Positions 42,000 to 57,132 of a DNA stretch of 64,000 bases are shown here, piece after piece (position 1 is the stretch's first letter; each line of letters starts with the position of its first letter). The stretch comes from Eledone cirrhosa (lineage: Eukaryota): NCBI GenBank assembly GCA_964016885.1, contig OZ024754.1:23746001-23810000 (forward strand). The letters run 5' to 3'. A program made the position numbers and the translations under genes. The notes under the pieces were generated by a model, which was not told the DNA's origin, did not search any database, and was given only the letters and a program-made list of their open reading frames with translations.

Positions 42000-44979
42000 A
42001 GGTTGGCCACTGGTGTAAGAAGGAGTTTGTTGCTGCTGCCCTTAGGTTTCCCTCATGCCTAGCTGTGGGCTCATCCGGGATCCTGGATAACAAGGTGTCG
42101 AGATGTTTCTTGAAGACATCCACCTACACGTCATGCAAATCTCTCAGATCCCTCGACACTTGTTGAAGAGTTGAGGGCCCTTGAATCCCAGGCTATTGCA
42201 ATACCTGCTCCTTATTCTAGATGTGGAAGACGGGACCTTTGGCACCACACAGTGACGTCCTGTTCGACGGTTGGTCCATCTCCCAATGCCAAGTTAGTCC
42301 CTCCAGGATTTTCCACATGTAGATCACTGCGTATCTCTCCCGTCTTCGTTCCAATGAGTAGAGGTTCAGTTCCTTCAGCCTCCCCAGTAGCTTGTCTCCT
42401 TCATCGTGGAAATCCTCTTGGTGTAGCTTCGCTGGATTGCCTCAAGCTCCGTGGTTAGTTTGACACTATGGGGTGACCACAACTGGGAGCAGTCGTCCAG
42501 GCGGCTTAGGGCAAATGTCCTCCATAGTGTCAACATGGTGTCTCGGTATCTTGTCCGGAAAGTCCTCAAGATCCAGCCAACGAGTCGTCTGCACATTGTC
42601 ACCACTTTCATGATGTGTGAAGAAAAAGATGCATCATCGCTCATGCCTATGCCCAGGTCTCGTATCGATTTTGACACGGGTATATCGGTCCCTCCTGGTC
42701 CTGTGTAGTTGTGTTGTACTATATTTGTGTTTGCAGGTTTGTTTGGAGGTTTGTATTGTAGGGCTTGGAATTTGCCAGCATTAAACTGCATGTTGTTTTC
42801 TTCCGCCCATTTGTATATGGCATCCATATTGTTGTAAAAGGGCAGCGTCAGCCGGGTTTTTGATTGCCTGTGCTACCTTAGTGTCATCAGCATAGCTAGT
42901 GAGGGATGTTGTTGTATGAACTACAGAGGGCATGTCTGAGAGAGTCACCAAAAACAGTACTGGTCCCAGGACTGTCCCCTGGGGAACCCCACTTGTTATT
43001 GGTGTTTCCTTTGAGAGGGCCCCATTTTCTGCGACTGTCTGGCTTCTGTCCTTTAGGAAGTCATGCAGCCACTCACCTACTTTTCCAATTATGCCGAGTC
43101 CGTGTAGTTTGTGACATATCATTCCGTGGTCGACCTTGTCAAAGGCCTTCGCAAAGTCAAGATATATCACATCCACATGTGAGCTGTCTAGTAGTTGTTT
43201 CAGTATCCAGTCGTAGTGATGTAGGAGCTGTGTAAGGGAGCTTCTTCCTGGACGGAAGCCATGTTGCGTGCTAGTCAGGCGGTCATTTTCCTCGAGGAAA
43301 GTGATCAGTTTCTTTCTGACGACTCGCTCCATGACCTTACTGATATGCGACGTCAGGGATACTGGCCTATAGTTTTTGGCCTCCGCTCTGCTACCTCTTT
43401 TATGGATAGGGCATATTGTGCCTTCTTTCAGCTCCCTGGGTAGTACACCGCTAGCGAAGGAGCTTCTGAAGAGCATCTTCAGTGGAGTTGCTAAGGCCCG
43501 CTTACATGTTTTTAAGAGACCTGCTGGGAATCCATCAGGCCCAGCAGCTGAGTCTGTTCTAATTTCATCAACGGCGTACACCACATCCTCCTCCGTTATG
43601 TCTATGTGGTTGATGGTCGCCATTTCTTCGTGTAGTGTTGTGGCATCAAAGAACTTCTCTGGCTTCGTTATTTGCATGTTCAGTATTTCACATATCTCTT
43701 GGGGGTTTTCGGTTAATGAACCGTCCATATGGAAGAGTGGCCCAATCTTGCAGTGTACTGAGGCAGTTTCTTTTGCAAATTTAAAGAAGGCCTTAGGTTT
43801 TTTTTTAATGTTTTCTATGGTCCTGTTCTCTTTCTTTGCCCTCTCATTCTCATGGGAAAGCTTGAGTGCAATCTCGGTGCCAAGTAGTGCACATTTCAAA
43901 TAGGATTCCTTCTTATTTTTGTTTTGTTGACTATTCAACTGGTTTGAGAGCTTGGTTCTACGTCTCATAAGGATTTTCCTATCTCTGGGAATAAGATTTT
44001 TGTGTCTGTTTGCCTTTTTCTCCGGGACAAACTTTTTGCATATAGTGTGTATCGTTGTCATGAAGTGTTGAAATTGTGTGTTAGTGTCTTGTGTGGTGGT
44101 GTTTTCCCTCCATGTTTGCTTCCGGATTTCTCTCTTAATCTTTTTCCAGTTAGCCTTGTAGAAGTTAAGGCTGGATACCATCCCGGAGCTTCTTGGTGGT
44201 TTTTTCTCTGTTGGTTCTCTCGGACCACATATCATTAGTCCTACTAAGTTATGATCCGAGAGAATTGTTGGTGTCACCTTTACATTGTGGATGAGCACTT
44301 CGTTGTTTGTAAAACAGGGGTCCAGGACATTTTCGCCTCTTGTTGGGAGGAGTATTGCTTGCTCCATGAACAGCCTGTGTGTGAGGGCCAGCAGGGATTC
44401 CGTCTGTCTCTGTTCTATTGACGTCATTACAGGGAGGAGGTGGCCCTCAGGCCATTTGACCTTTGGTAGGTTTAAGTCTCCCAGCAGTAGAATGTTGATA
44501 CCCTGGTCCAGTTTGTCAAAGACCTCTTCTATCCTACTTAGGCTAATCTCAAATTTACCCTCATGACTTGGGGCATCGGGCGGCCAATATGTGACACATA
44601 TTACTGTCTGTAGTTGCTTCATATGTACTATCAGTGTGTCACAGACTGAGTTTGAATGTGTCAACAGTACAATTGGTGTGACATCTTCACGGATATACAG
44701 AGCAACCCCACCATGAGTTCTCTCCTTCCTGTCCGAACGAAATACAGTATATTTCGGTATATGTATTTCTGCATCTGCTATACTGCTTGTCGGGTGCGTT
44801 TCGGTTATTCCCATGCATAATGCTTGATTGCTTATGGCTAAGTCTGCCAGGTAGGAAATTTTCCTCATGTTACTGAGTTTCACCAGGCCTCTGACATTCA
44901 GCAGCAGCACTGGTGTGACTTTTGGGGTGCCAGTAATAGCTGTCGGTATGACACCTGGTCTGGTGTAAGCGGCGGCCAC
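42000..44979 (-). pseudogene. CR1 ORF2 (AP endonuclease and reverse transcriptase), frameshifted near 42830 and 42385
   Basis: LNVRGL, ITET, GGVALY, GDLN, SDH, NYRPVSLTS, QHGFR, YLDFAKAFDKV, GVPQGTVLGP, YADD, RDLG. Confidence 0.88.
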
Positions 44980-45827
44980 CCTGGGTCCCTTAACTGTGGT
45001 GGTCTCGAGTGCTGGTGTGGGTGACCCTGGCTCTGGAAACGATGCAGCCAGGTCAGCTGTCCCACAATCTTCTCTGCCATCACTGAAATATTTTTCTGCT
45101 CTGCTGCTGCCAACTGTATCTCGTCGGCATGTGCGTGCCTTCTCCTTGTTGGTGCGACACGCGCGACATCAGCATACTTCTGGGGCGGCTTATTTCGGCT
45201 TTGGCTGGGGCATGTTGCGCGAGTAGGCTTGGCATAGTTCGTTTGAGACCTGGGGTGGGCGAATCTGCATCCCATCCCTGTCTCTCCATGCCAGCAGTTC
45301 TCGTTCTTGAAAAACTTGCACATTACTTGTGGTTTTTTGCTCCCAGTGTCTCAGTGCTTTCTGTTCTTCCTTTGAACAGTTTTCCACTGGTCCCTCTGTG
45401 CTTGGTTCTCCTTCGGAAGGTGATTTCGCTTTTCACCTTTACCTTTTGCTTGTTGGTTGCCCGGCCTGCCCTCCATGACTGTGGCGGAGGGTATCTCATT
45501 TTCTTTCAGGTCCGTGCTTGTGCTCTCCTCCTTTTCTTTTTCTTTCTCCCTCTCCTCTCCCTTCTCTTCGGTTTTCTCATCCCTGAGGACACGGCTTAGC
45601 ATCGCCATAAGTGGCGCTATGAGGACATACGCCTTCTCAATTTCCTTTCTCTTTCTCTCTATCTGTGCCAGGGTCCTCAGAAACCCATGGCTTTTCAGGT
45701 TCTCCGCCATCTTTTTGCTGGGTGGAGACCCATCAGCCATGGTCCACCCCTTGATCAAAACCGCTAGTTCCATCTTTGACCAGTTTCGCTGACTCCTAAT
45801 TTCACCTTTTTCCTGTATGCAGTCCAT
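44898..45827 (-). pseudogene. CR1 ORF1 remnant (Myb/SANT-like N-terminus, CCCH finger)
   Basis: NWSKMELAVLIKGW...RTLAQIERKRKEI and CKFFKNENCWHG....CRFAHP in two frames upstream of ORF2. Confidence 0.55.
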
Positions 45828-46936
45828 TTCGCTGTGGAGGGGAGAAAGAGAGATAGTGGGAAGTGTAGGGTAGGGGTTAGAGAGGGACAGAAGGAGGGAG
45901 GGAGATATAAGTCCAGTGAGAAATTTAAGGAGCGATTTAGAGGAAAAGTGAGAGAGAGCTTGTGCGATCGAGAGAGAAAAAGAAAAAGAAACAGAAGAAA
46001 AGAAAGGGGAGAAAGACAGAAGAGAGGAGCGAGAGAGATAGCGGGAAGAGTGGGGGGGAAGGTTAGCGAGAGAGAGAGAAGATAGATAAGTCCAGTGAGA
46101 AATTCAAGGTGCGATTTAGAGAGAGAGAGAGAGGGAGAGATCTCGTGTGATCTAGAGAGAGAGGAAGGGAGGAGAGAGACAGAGACAGCGTGAGAAATAG
46201 CAATTCAGAAAGAGAGAGAGCGGTCAAAGAGAACTATAAATATTAGTAATAAATATCGTTCAAAGAATATTTCGCGATTAAAACACCAAAACAAAGTGAA
46301 CATCAAATGATATCCACATGAAATATAAAGGAGACAGAATAATTTAAGATAAAATAAAATAAAATAAAATAAGATAAGTTAAGATAAATCTAAAACAATT
46401 TAGATGAATGAAACCAAAATAGTTAAAGATATAGAAACACGATGTAAGTTGTATATAAGTTGAATTCAAATATTTGTTTACAAATATAAATAACGGGAAC
46501 CGTATAGAGTGACCATAGTTATTGTAATATCAATATATCAAACAACAAACACACATGCTCACCGAGTCAAAAACAAATAAAATTATATTAAATTAGATTA
46601 TGTTACTCAGAAAAAAACAAAATAATACAAAATCTACTTAAGTTAAATTAAAATTAAATTACGTATAATCTCTATGGTAGTCAAAGAAAGATAGAAAGCA
46701 CGTGTGTGTGTTGTTTTTAGGAGAATATCACACAGTGAAAATAAACGCTAATATATGTAAAATATACCTCAAAATAATCGCGTCAAAGCACAAAAACTTC
46801 TATATCTTTTTTGTATGTTTTCCTTGTCTTCTGAAAAATTAAAGTCATACATAAAACCGATTACTGTCGATTTAAAATGTTTAAATTTCAAATATGGACG
46901 TTCAACAATTCACGTCCATACCAACAAGTTGCCAAG

Positions 46937-47028
<92 letters not shown>

Positions 47029-47381
47029 TGTATATATAGATATATATATAGATATATATATGTGTATATATATATGTATATATATATATATATGTATATA
47101 TATATGTATATATATATGTATATATATATGTATATATATATATATGTATATATATATGTATATAATTAAGTTAAAGTGTACATCTACATATGTATACGGA
47201 AGTATTAGTATGCATATAAATACACACATGTATACATATGTACATGTACTGAGTTTTTCACTAGACACTTTACAGTGAGTGTCAGCTAGTCTGTATGTAA
47301 CCACACAGACGGACCGGGTTTTAGAGTCATACGAGTTTTCAAGGAAACACATTTCCTCTATTCTCCAGAGAGCCAGACAGG

Positions 47382-47426
47382 AATATTGGACTAGTTTCGA
47401 TGTTATTACATCTCATCAGCAATATT
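47382..47426 (-). ncRNA. Canonical type I hammerhead ribozyme (mirror copy)
   Basis: Exact reverse complement of 47785-47829. Confidence 0.88.
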
Positions 47427-47784
47427 TACCCATCTTCCGGCTTCTCTGGAGAATTGTAAAAGCACATATCGTTATATGCTTTTTCTATGAAAATTAGTAG
47501 TGGGTAGACTAATTTGCATAGAACGTGAGTCATTGTACGCACCGGTTCAGCGGAAACGATAAAAACAAATAACGAAACGAAATTAAATTTCGTTTCGCTT
47601 CTAACTCACTTTTGTATGACTGACGCTTAAACAATTAAGTTAAAGTGTACATCTACATATGTATACGGAAGTATACATATGTAGATGTACATAAAGTGTA
47701 CATCTACATATGTATAATTTTCATAGAAAAAGCATATAACGATATGTGCTTTTACAATTCTCCAGAGAAGCCGGAAGATGGGTA

Positions 47785-47829
47785 AATATTGCTGATGAGA
47801 TGTAATAACATCGAAACTAGTCCAATATT
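47785..47829 (+). ncRNA. Canonical type I hammerhead ribozyme
   Basis: AATATTG-CTGATGA-GATGT-AATA-ACATC-GAAA-CTAG-TC-CAATATT; stem I extendable to 47758-47850. Confidence 0.88.
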
Positions 47830-48226
47830 CCTGTCTGGCTCTCTGGAGAATAGAGGAAATGTGTTTCCTTGAAAACTCGTATGACTCTAAAACCCGGTCC
47901 GTCTGTGTGGTTATATACAGACTAGCTGACACTCACTGTAAAGTGTCTAGTGAAAAACTCAGTACATGTACATATGTATACATGTGTGTATTTATATGCA
48001 TACTAATACTTCCGTATACATATGTAGATGTACACTTTAACTTAATTGTTTAAGCGTCAGTCATACAAAAGTGAGTTAGAAGCGAAACGAAATTTAATTT
48101 CGTTTCGTTATTTGTTTTTATATGTATATATATATATGTAAATATATATATGTATATGTATATATATATATATGTATATATATATGTATATATATATATG
48201 TATATGTATATATATATATGTATATG

Positions 48227-48306
<80 letters not shown>

Positions 48307-48795
48307 TAGATAGATATATAGATATATATATATATATATGTATATAGATATATGTATATATATGTATATATATGTATATATATATATACAGTATTTTCCG
48401 TTGTGTTGTAATATAAATATTACACACAGTAGATTGACAGCTCACGTAGAGTTTGCTCGACGGTTCCAGTTGTAGTTCCAAAAGTAATCCGAAGAAAAAT
48501 AGAAAGATTTGAATGGATACAGTTTAGGTGAAAGGAATTTATTGACACGTGTTTCTATAACAGTTACATAACCAACCACGCATATCTTTACTATCTCTAA
48601 TCCTTCTATAGATTTAGAAAAATAACCAATAATATATTCTATAAAAATGTCAAAACAACAGATGGGAATCTAATTACTCACTGCCACCAAAAATTCTCAC
48701 TGCTCTCAAAAAACCACTCCCTCAACTATTCTTCTAACAACTTCACCCCTCCCTCCTAATATTCTCTATAAAAACCAAACAGGTCCTCAGTAATA

Positions 48796-48916
48796 TTATT
48801 CTGATGAAATGACAGTAAATAATAACATTGAAATATTGAATGTCTGCATAACTAATACTTTGTAGATAGCAGCTGTTTTCAGGTTATGTAACTGTTATAG
48901 AAACACGTGTCAATAA
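48796..48916 (+). ncRNA. Type I hammerhead with ~90 nt stem II
   Basis: TTATT-CTGATGA-AATGACAGT...ACTGTTATA-GAAA-CACGTG-TC-AATAA; lies in a unit with inverted arms 48506-48573 / 48882-48950. Confidence 0.65.
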
Positions 48917-49039
48917 ATTCCTTTCAACTAAACTGTATCCATTCAAATCTTTATCCTTTCAACTAAACTGTATCCATTCAAATCTGTATCCTTTCAATCT
49001 ATATATATGTATATATATATATATATATATATGTTTATA

Positions 49040-52000
49040 CATTATTAGCTATTTGAAAAGATGATGGATTTCGCAACTAACTGCACCAGGGTTCCTGTTC
49101 CTCAGGGAACCACACTATATGGTATACCTGCTGATATAGGTCCAGCCCCTGCTTTCCCGGGTCCTGTTTATGATCATAATGCACCTACAAAGGCATCGAA
49201 TGATGATGAATCCTCAAATCTCAAGGGACGGGGTTCATCTGATGGAGAAGAAACAGGTCCTAACCAAACAACAAGCAAATCTCGCCTGGCTAGCTGTAAA
49301 AAGCAAATAATAGTCGGCTCCTTGAACACCAGAACCCTCCTTCCAACAGGTAGACTCCAGGAGCTGGCAGAGAATGCCAAACTTCAGAACATTGACATCC
49401 TTGCGGTCCAAGAACACCGCTTTTTCCACCCAAAGGATAATCTCAAGTATCACACCCTAGGATCCTACCAACTTGTCACCTCTTCAGCCACCAAGAACCC
49501 TGTCAATGCCTCCGTCGGAGGAGTCGGCTGCCTTCTCTCATCTAAAGCCAGCAATAATCTTCTGGGGATTGAAACAATCTCTCCCAGAATATTGGTGCTT
49601 ACACTAGAGGGCAATCTTAGAACCACTGCGATATGTGTATACAGTCCTCATACCCCCTCTCCTGAGGATGAGGTAAGAGAATTCTACACGACCCTTCGCA
49701 CAGTTGTTGAGCAAGTACCCTTACACAACTTTCTTATCATCGCTGGAGACCTCAACGCTCAACTTGGCCCGGATGAAGTAAAGTTCACATACAATAGGGT
49801 TACTAACCGAAACGGGAATATCTCAAGGACTTCATGGAAGAATTCAGTCTATTCAGCTCAAACAACAGCTTCATGAAGACCAGAGGCCGGCTTTGGACCT
49901 TCGAATACCCAAACCAAAAACGAGCTCAGATTGACTATTTGATATTTCGCAAGAAATGGAGAAACTCAATCAAGGATTCTAGATCTTATTCCTCCTTTAG
50001 CTCTGTCGGCTCAGATCATCGAGTCATCTCGGCAACAATCAAACTTAGTCTCAGGATATCCAAGAGGGCCGAACCTCATCCCATGAAAAGAATAGACTGG
50101 AAAGCCGTTTCTTCCAACAAACAACTATTCAATAGCTTCACGCTTCAAGTCTATAACAGATTTCAATCTCTCTTAACTTCTGACATCAATGACGATAATT
50201 TTGAGGATGTGTATGACTGTCTTAAGCAATCAACAGAGGAAGTTGCACTTGCCACCCTACCTAAAAAGAAAAGCCGAAGCCAAATGAAACCTAGTGCCTC
50301 AGAGAGGGTAGTTGAAGCAAGGGCCCATCTTAGGTCAATATCCCAATCTCACCATCAATCACCATCTCAAGGGAAAAAGATACAGCTTATCATGGCCAAA
50401 AAATCACTAGACGACGCTTATCTTAATGCTGAAGCCGACTATATCTCAGGTAGGATTGATCAGCTATCGTAACATAACATCAGCAAACACCATCATCTTG
50501 CTTGGAAGGTTGTCAAAGATCTTTCAGGCAAAAACTCAAACTCTGCAGTTAGAATCAAAGGAGGCTCTGACAAAAAACGTCTTGAAAATTGGTCTGCTCA
50601 TTTTAAAAACCTTCTAGGGAAAAAGGCCAGACTCCCTGATAACTATCAACTGCCATCCGTTCAGGTTTCAGAGCCTTTAGGAATCAACACCTCTCCTTTC
50701 ACTATGCCTGAGCTCAAAGAAGCCATCAAACAGCTCAAAGCCTCAAAAGCCTTTGGGCCGGATAATATACCTACCCTGATTTGGAAGGATGAGCATTTCC
50801 ACATCCTATTGCTCAACCTATGTAACCATACTTTCGAGACCAATAAACCACCTAGCGTCTGGCATGCAGCTCAAATTATCCCCATGCCCAAAAAAGGAGA
50901 TCTTTCTTTAGCCACCAACTATAGAGGAATTTCTCTCATGGCAATTGCTGCAAAAATATACAACAAGCTTCTCCTTAACCGTTTAATTGCATTTCTAGAG
51001 CCAATCCTTCGTAACAACCAGAATGGATTTAGGAGAGGTAGATCAACATTTAGCCAGATTCTCTGCCTTCGCCGACTTATAGAGGAGTCCCAAAACCGCA
51101 ATCTAGACCTTGCACTCATCTTTGTTGATTTTTCAAAAGCCTTCGACTCAGTTGACAGGTCGGGGATGTTTGAAATTTTACAACTTTATGGGATTCCTGA
51201 TAAAATCATCGCGGCTATACGTGTAATGTATACAGATACCAAATCAACTGTCCTGACCCCAAATGGGGAAACATCACCTTTCTCAATCCTCGCTGGAATT
51301 TTACAGAGCGATACTCTTGCTCCGTATCTATTTATCATTGTTGTGGATTATGTTTTGCGCATGTCTGTGGATAGGATTCAGGATAGGGGATACCAACTAC
51401 AGCCTAGGAGAAGCTCACGCTACCCAGCAAAATACTTGACCGACACCGACTTTGCTGACGACATCGCATTGATCAGTCGGTCACTGGAAAATGCTGAGAG
51501 TATTTTGAAGTCATCAGAGCAAGCGTCCAACTGTGTTGGACTGAACCTCAACGAATCCAAGACTGAGTATGTGAACAGATGCGCAAACAGCCCAAACTAC
51601 CCCATCAGAACCCTTAATGGTACCACCCTTAAGCAGGTGGAAGATTACAAGTATCTTGGCTCATATATCTCCTTCTCCCAAAAAGATTTTCTAACCAGGA
51701 AGGGTATGGCATGGTCAGCGTGCAATGACATGCACGCCATATGGACATCTCAACTTACCAACAAGCTAAAACTGGAAATATTCCAAGCAACCATTAAGCC
51801 CATATTACTTTATGTATCCAAAACTTGGACACTAACATCACAACTTGAGAGGAGATTGGATGGCACATATACCCGCCTCTTAATGAGAGTGCAAAACCTA
51901 TCCTGGAAACGACATCCCATCTTGTCTAAAATCTATGGCAAACTCCCTCGAGCCTCTGCCCTTCTAAAATCCCGGAGAGCTCAATTTGCTGGCCACTGTC

Positions 52001-52208
52001 ACCGTGCCAGCAATGAAATCATATCCGCTCTCTTGCTCTGGAACCCTGACTCCAGCCTGACTAGGAGTAGGAAGCTGTCATTCCCTGACGTTATCTCTAG
52101 GGATACGGGATCAGTAGACGGGACCTGGGGGCAGCGATGGAGGACAGCGAATTCTGGGGCATGAGAGTGAGATCCATCATCTCGACAGTAGTCGACGAAT
52201 GATGATGA
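49040..52208 (+). mobile_element. Near full-length RTE-group LINE, disrupted
   Basis: GSLNTRTL, LAVQEHR, GDLNA, QIDY, SDH, NYRGISL, QNGFR, FVDFSKAFDSV, DFADD, YKYLGS; (GAT)n tail; frameshift ~49825 and stop at 50470. Confidence 0.9.
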
Positions 52209-52304
52209 TATATATGTATGAATATATATATATGTATATATATATATATGTATGTTTATATATATATATGTATATATATATATATGTATATATATATATA
52301 CATG

Positions 52305-52338
<34 letters not shown>

Positions 52339-52412
52339 TGTATATATATACGTATATATATATACATGTATATATATACATGTATATATATATGTATATA
52401 TATATATACATG

Positions 52413-52445
<33 letters not shown>

Positions 52446-52504
52446 GTATATATATATATACATGTATATATATATATGTATATATATATATATGTATATA
52501 TATG

Positions 52505-52553
<49 letters not shown>

Positions 52554-52947
52554 GTATATATATGTATGTGTATGTATGTGTATATATGTATATGTATATA
52601 TTTATGTGTATATATGTATGTGTATATATATATGTGTATATATGTATGTGTATATATATGTGTGTATATATATATGTATATATATATATATATGTGTATA
52701 TATGAGTGTATATATGTGTGTATATATGTGTATATATATATATATATATACACATATATACACACATATATACACTCATATATACATATATATATATATA
52801 TACACACATATATATACACATATATATATATATACACACATATATATATACACATACATATATACACATATATATATACACATACATATATACACATAAA
52901 TATATACATATACATATATACACATACATACACATACATATATATAC

Positions 52948-52988
<41 letters not shown>

Positions 52989-52996
52989 TGTATGTT

Positions 52997-53759
<763 letters not shown>

Positions 53760-53812
53760 TTATATATATATACATATGTATATATATATGTATATATATG
53801 TATATATATATG

Positions 53813-53890
<78 letters not shown>

Positions 53891-53896
53891 AATATG

Positions 53897-53984
<88 letters not shown>

Positions 53985-54004
53985 CATGTATATATAATTA
54001 ATCA

Positions 54005-54322
54005 GTATACACTGAGGATGAAAAACTCAGAGCTGTATGGGAGCATCCCAAAAGTCAGCTCAAAAGTGACAAAGAGGAGACTTAGGTTAGCTGGACATGC
54101 TCACCGACATCCAGAGTTGACATTGCACTCAGTGCTCCTGTGGGAGCCCCTACATGGACACACTAGAAGAGGAAGACCAAGGTTAACGTATGTTGATGCC
54201 CTAAGGACAGACACTGGTCTGTTGGAGACGCAGGACATGACAGCGATAATGATGGACAGAGACCGCCGGAGAGAACTCGTCCATGGATCTAGGGAATTTT
54301 ACCCGCCTTAGAATAGAATATA
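54005..54322 (+). mobile_element. RTE LINE 3' fragment
   Basis: ELYGSIPKVS...RRLRLAGH...LLWEP...RGRPRLTYVD...MMDRD; TAGAA tail. Confidence 0.8.
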
Positions 54323-55087
54323 TGGAATATTGGAATAATAAAAAAAATCGGAAGTGTTTGCGTCGGGCCAGCACCGCTTCCGGCACTCCTTCCAAAACTT
54401 TAATCCCAATATATAACAATGTCGGACTTGAACCCATCACCACTTCTAACACCACACCTCAAGGGCACACTTACACCACAACTCCACACTCTCTGATCCA
54501 CCCTATCTCGACACTAATCATTCCATCTATCTATAACTTTATACCCTAGAAATATCCCCATAAACACCTACTTTTAGTATAATTACTTTCAATTACTTAT
54601 AATTATATAGTGATACAATACAGTCTATATAAGCTTTAAATGCCAGATTCGACAATGAATTATATATGCAATTGTATTTATATGTATGGAGTGATAACAT
54701 TGGATATATATAAGATTAAATTATTAGCATAAGAGATCTGTCTAACTTATATGTTGAGTGCAATGAATTATGTATGAATAGTATGTGAGTTATATATGCA
54801 AGTATAACTTGATGGATAGATTAATGACATTGTAAATGAGGAATGTATTTGTCTGCCCTAGAGATGTATTTGGCTTTGTCATGCAAACAGCCATACGCTG
54901 CTCCAGAACTTACCAGGGGTTATGTAGACATAATTCTAATAGGTCCCCTGACATGTTCTGAGAGTAGACTACATTTGCAGTGAACTTTGATATAAAGATA
55001 TGGCTCTTTGTATGGAGTATTCAGTTGTAGCACTGTATGATAGGGAGTAATCATCCTAATATATGTATATATATGTATATATATATG

Positions 55088-55119
<32 letters not shown>

Positions 55120-55937
55120 TATAGTACATCATGATAGAGTAGACTGTATTTAAAATTGGAAACTGGATATAAATATATAACCGTCTATATAAGGGACTCA
55201 ATTGAGGCGCCTTATAATGTATGTTAGAACAATGAATTTAGTTATGGAAATCAGCTAGTTACCTCCCCTTACGCATTAACTCCCCTTAATTACACACATA
55301 CTTCCGGATAATAAACCGCTGTAAATTCTCGTACCAGAATCAACCTATTCTATAAATTTGGATTAAATAACACTGAGCCGCAATAAGCTATAATAATTTA
55401 ATTTAATGCATCAAACATCCAATACGGAATCATCGTTACTTATGTGATGGATGTAAAAACTATACTTACTTTTTCTGAATGTGAAAATGGTGGTGGATAC
55501 GAAAACCATAACTTTCTTTTGCTTCTCCTTTTTATTTTTATTTTTCTGCACACATACTTTTTTTTATTATATACAAAAATACCTTACCACTACAACCACC
55601 ATAATACTCTTACTTACCCGCTTAAAGTGCTTGTATTACATGTAACACCCTGCCACACAATAATGAGACACACTTGCATGCCCCACGTGTAACTAACGCA
55701 TACACTAACTACTACATCTCACTAACAAACTATCCTCTTGCATTATCTGTGTTAACTGCCGAATGTATTTTAATTTTGTTTTAATTTTTATTTTTATTTT
55801 TATTTTGAATTTGAATTGCTATACAGAAATAATATAGTATAATATATGTCACTCCACAGTACATCAATATATATATATGTATCTGTATGTCTCTTGCGTT
55901 GGAAAGGAGGTCAATTATGTGTACAAACATTGAAAAA

Positions 55938-55984
55938 TGCTCCGAAGACTCCAAGCCTAGGTTTGGATGAAACAATTGTAAGTG
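55938..55984 (+). ncRNA. Hammerhead-like motif, CCGAAGA core
   Basis: TGCT-CCGAAGA-CTCCAAGCC-TA-GGTTTGGAT-GAAA-CAATTG-TA-AGTG; 3' half repeated at 56151-56220. Confidence 0.6.
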
Positions 55985-56237
55985 AATGAATGCTTTGAAC
56001 ATAGCTTTGATTCTTGTGAAATATATGTATATATATGTATATATATATGTATATGTATATATATATATGTATATATGTATATGTGTATATATATACATAT
56101 ATGTACATCTATATATATATAGATGTACATATATATATATATATATATATTAGGTTTGGATGAAACAATTGTAAGTGAATAAATGCTTTGAACATAGCTT
56201 TGATTCTTGTGAAATATATGTATATATATGTATATAT

Positions 56238-56299
<62 letters not shown>

Positions 56300-56415
56300 G
56301 TACATCTATATATATATATATTACCTCAGTTTCCAATTTTAAATACAGTCTACTCTATCATGATGTACTAAAGGTATATACATATATATACATATATATA
56401 CATATATATAAATAC

Positions 56416-56527
<112 letters not shown>

Positions 56528-56538
56528 ATATATATATG

Positions 56539-56570
<32 letters not shown>

Positions 56571-56610
56571 TGCATATATATATGTATGTATATATATTTG
56601 TATATATATG

Positions 56611-56641
<31 letters not shown>

Positions 56642-56712
56642 GTATATATATATATATGTATATATATATATGTATATATATGTATATATATATATATATG
56701 TATATATATATG

Positions 56713-56765
<53 letters not shown>

Positions 56766-57007
56766 GTGTATATATATATATGTATATATATATATACACA
56801 TATCGGACGTTGATTTTCGTTAATTCCTGAGCTGAAAACGATTCTCGCTAATTTATATATGTATATATATATATATATTTATATATGAATATATATATAT
56901 GTATATATATATGTATATATGTATATATATATGTATATATGTGTATATATATATGTATATATGTATATATATATGTATATATGTATATATATATATATGT
57001 ATATATG

Positions 57008-57132
<125 letters not shown>

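Larger units (their letters stand above)
41903..46200 (-). mobile_element. Near full-length CR1-clade LINE
   Basis: ORF1 remnants, APE plus RT ORF2, 3' end GGTGCCCCAGCATGGCC...GCTGAAACAGGTAAAA; 5' boundary approximate. Confidence 0.88.
47164..48120. mobile_element. Non-coding fold-back element with two hammerheads (PLE/retrozyme-like)
   Basis: 47164-47496 inverted at 47716-48046; 47560-47673 inverted at 48006-48120. Confidence 0.7.
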
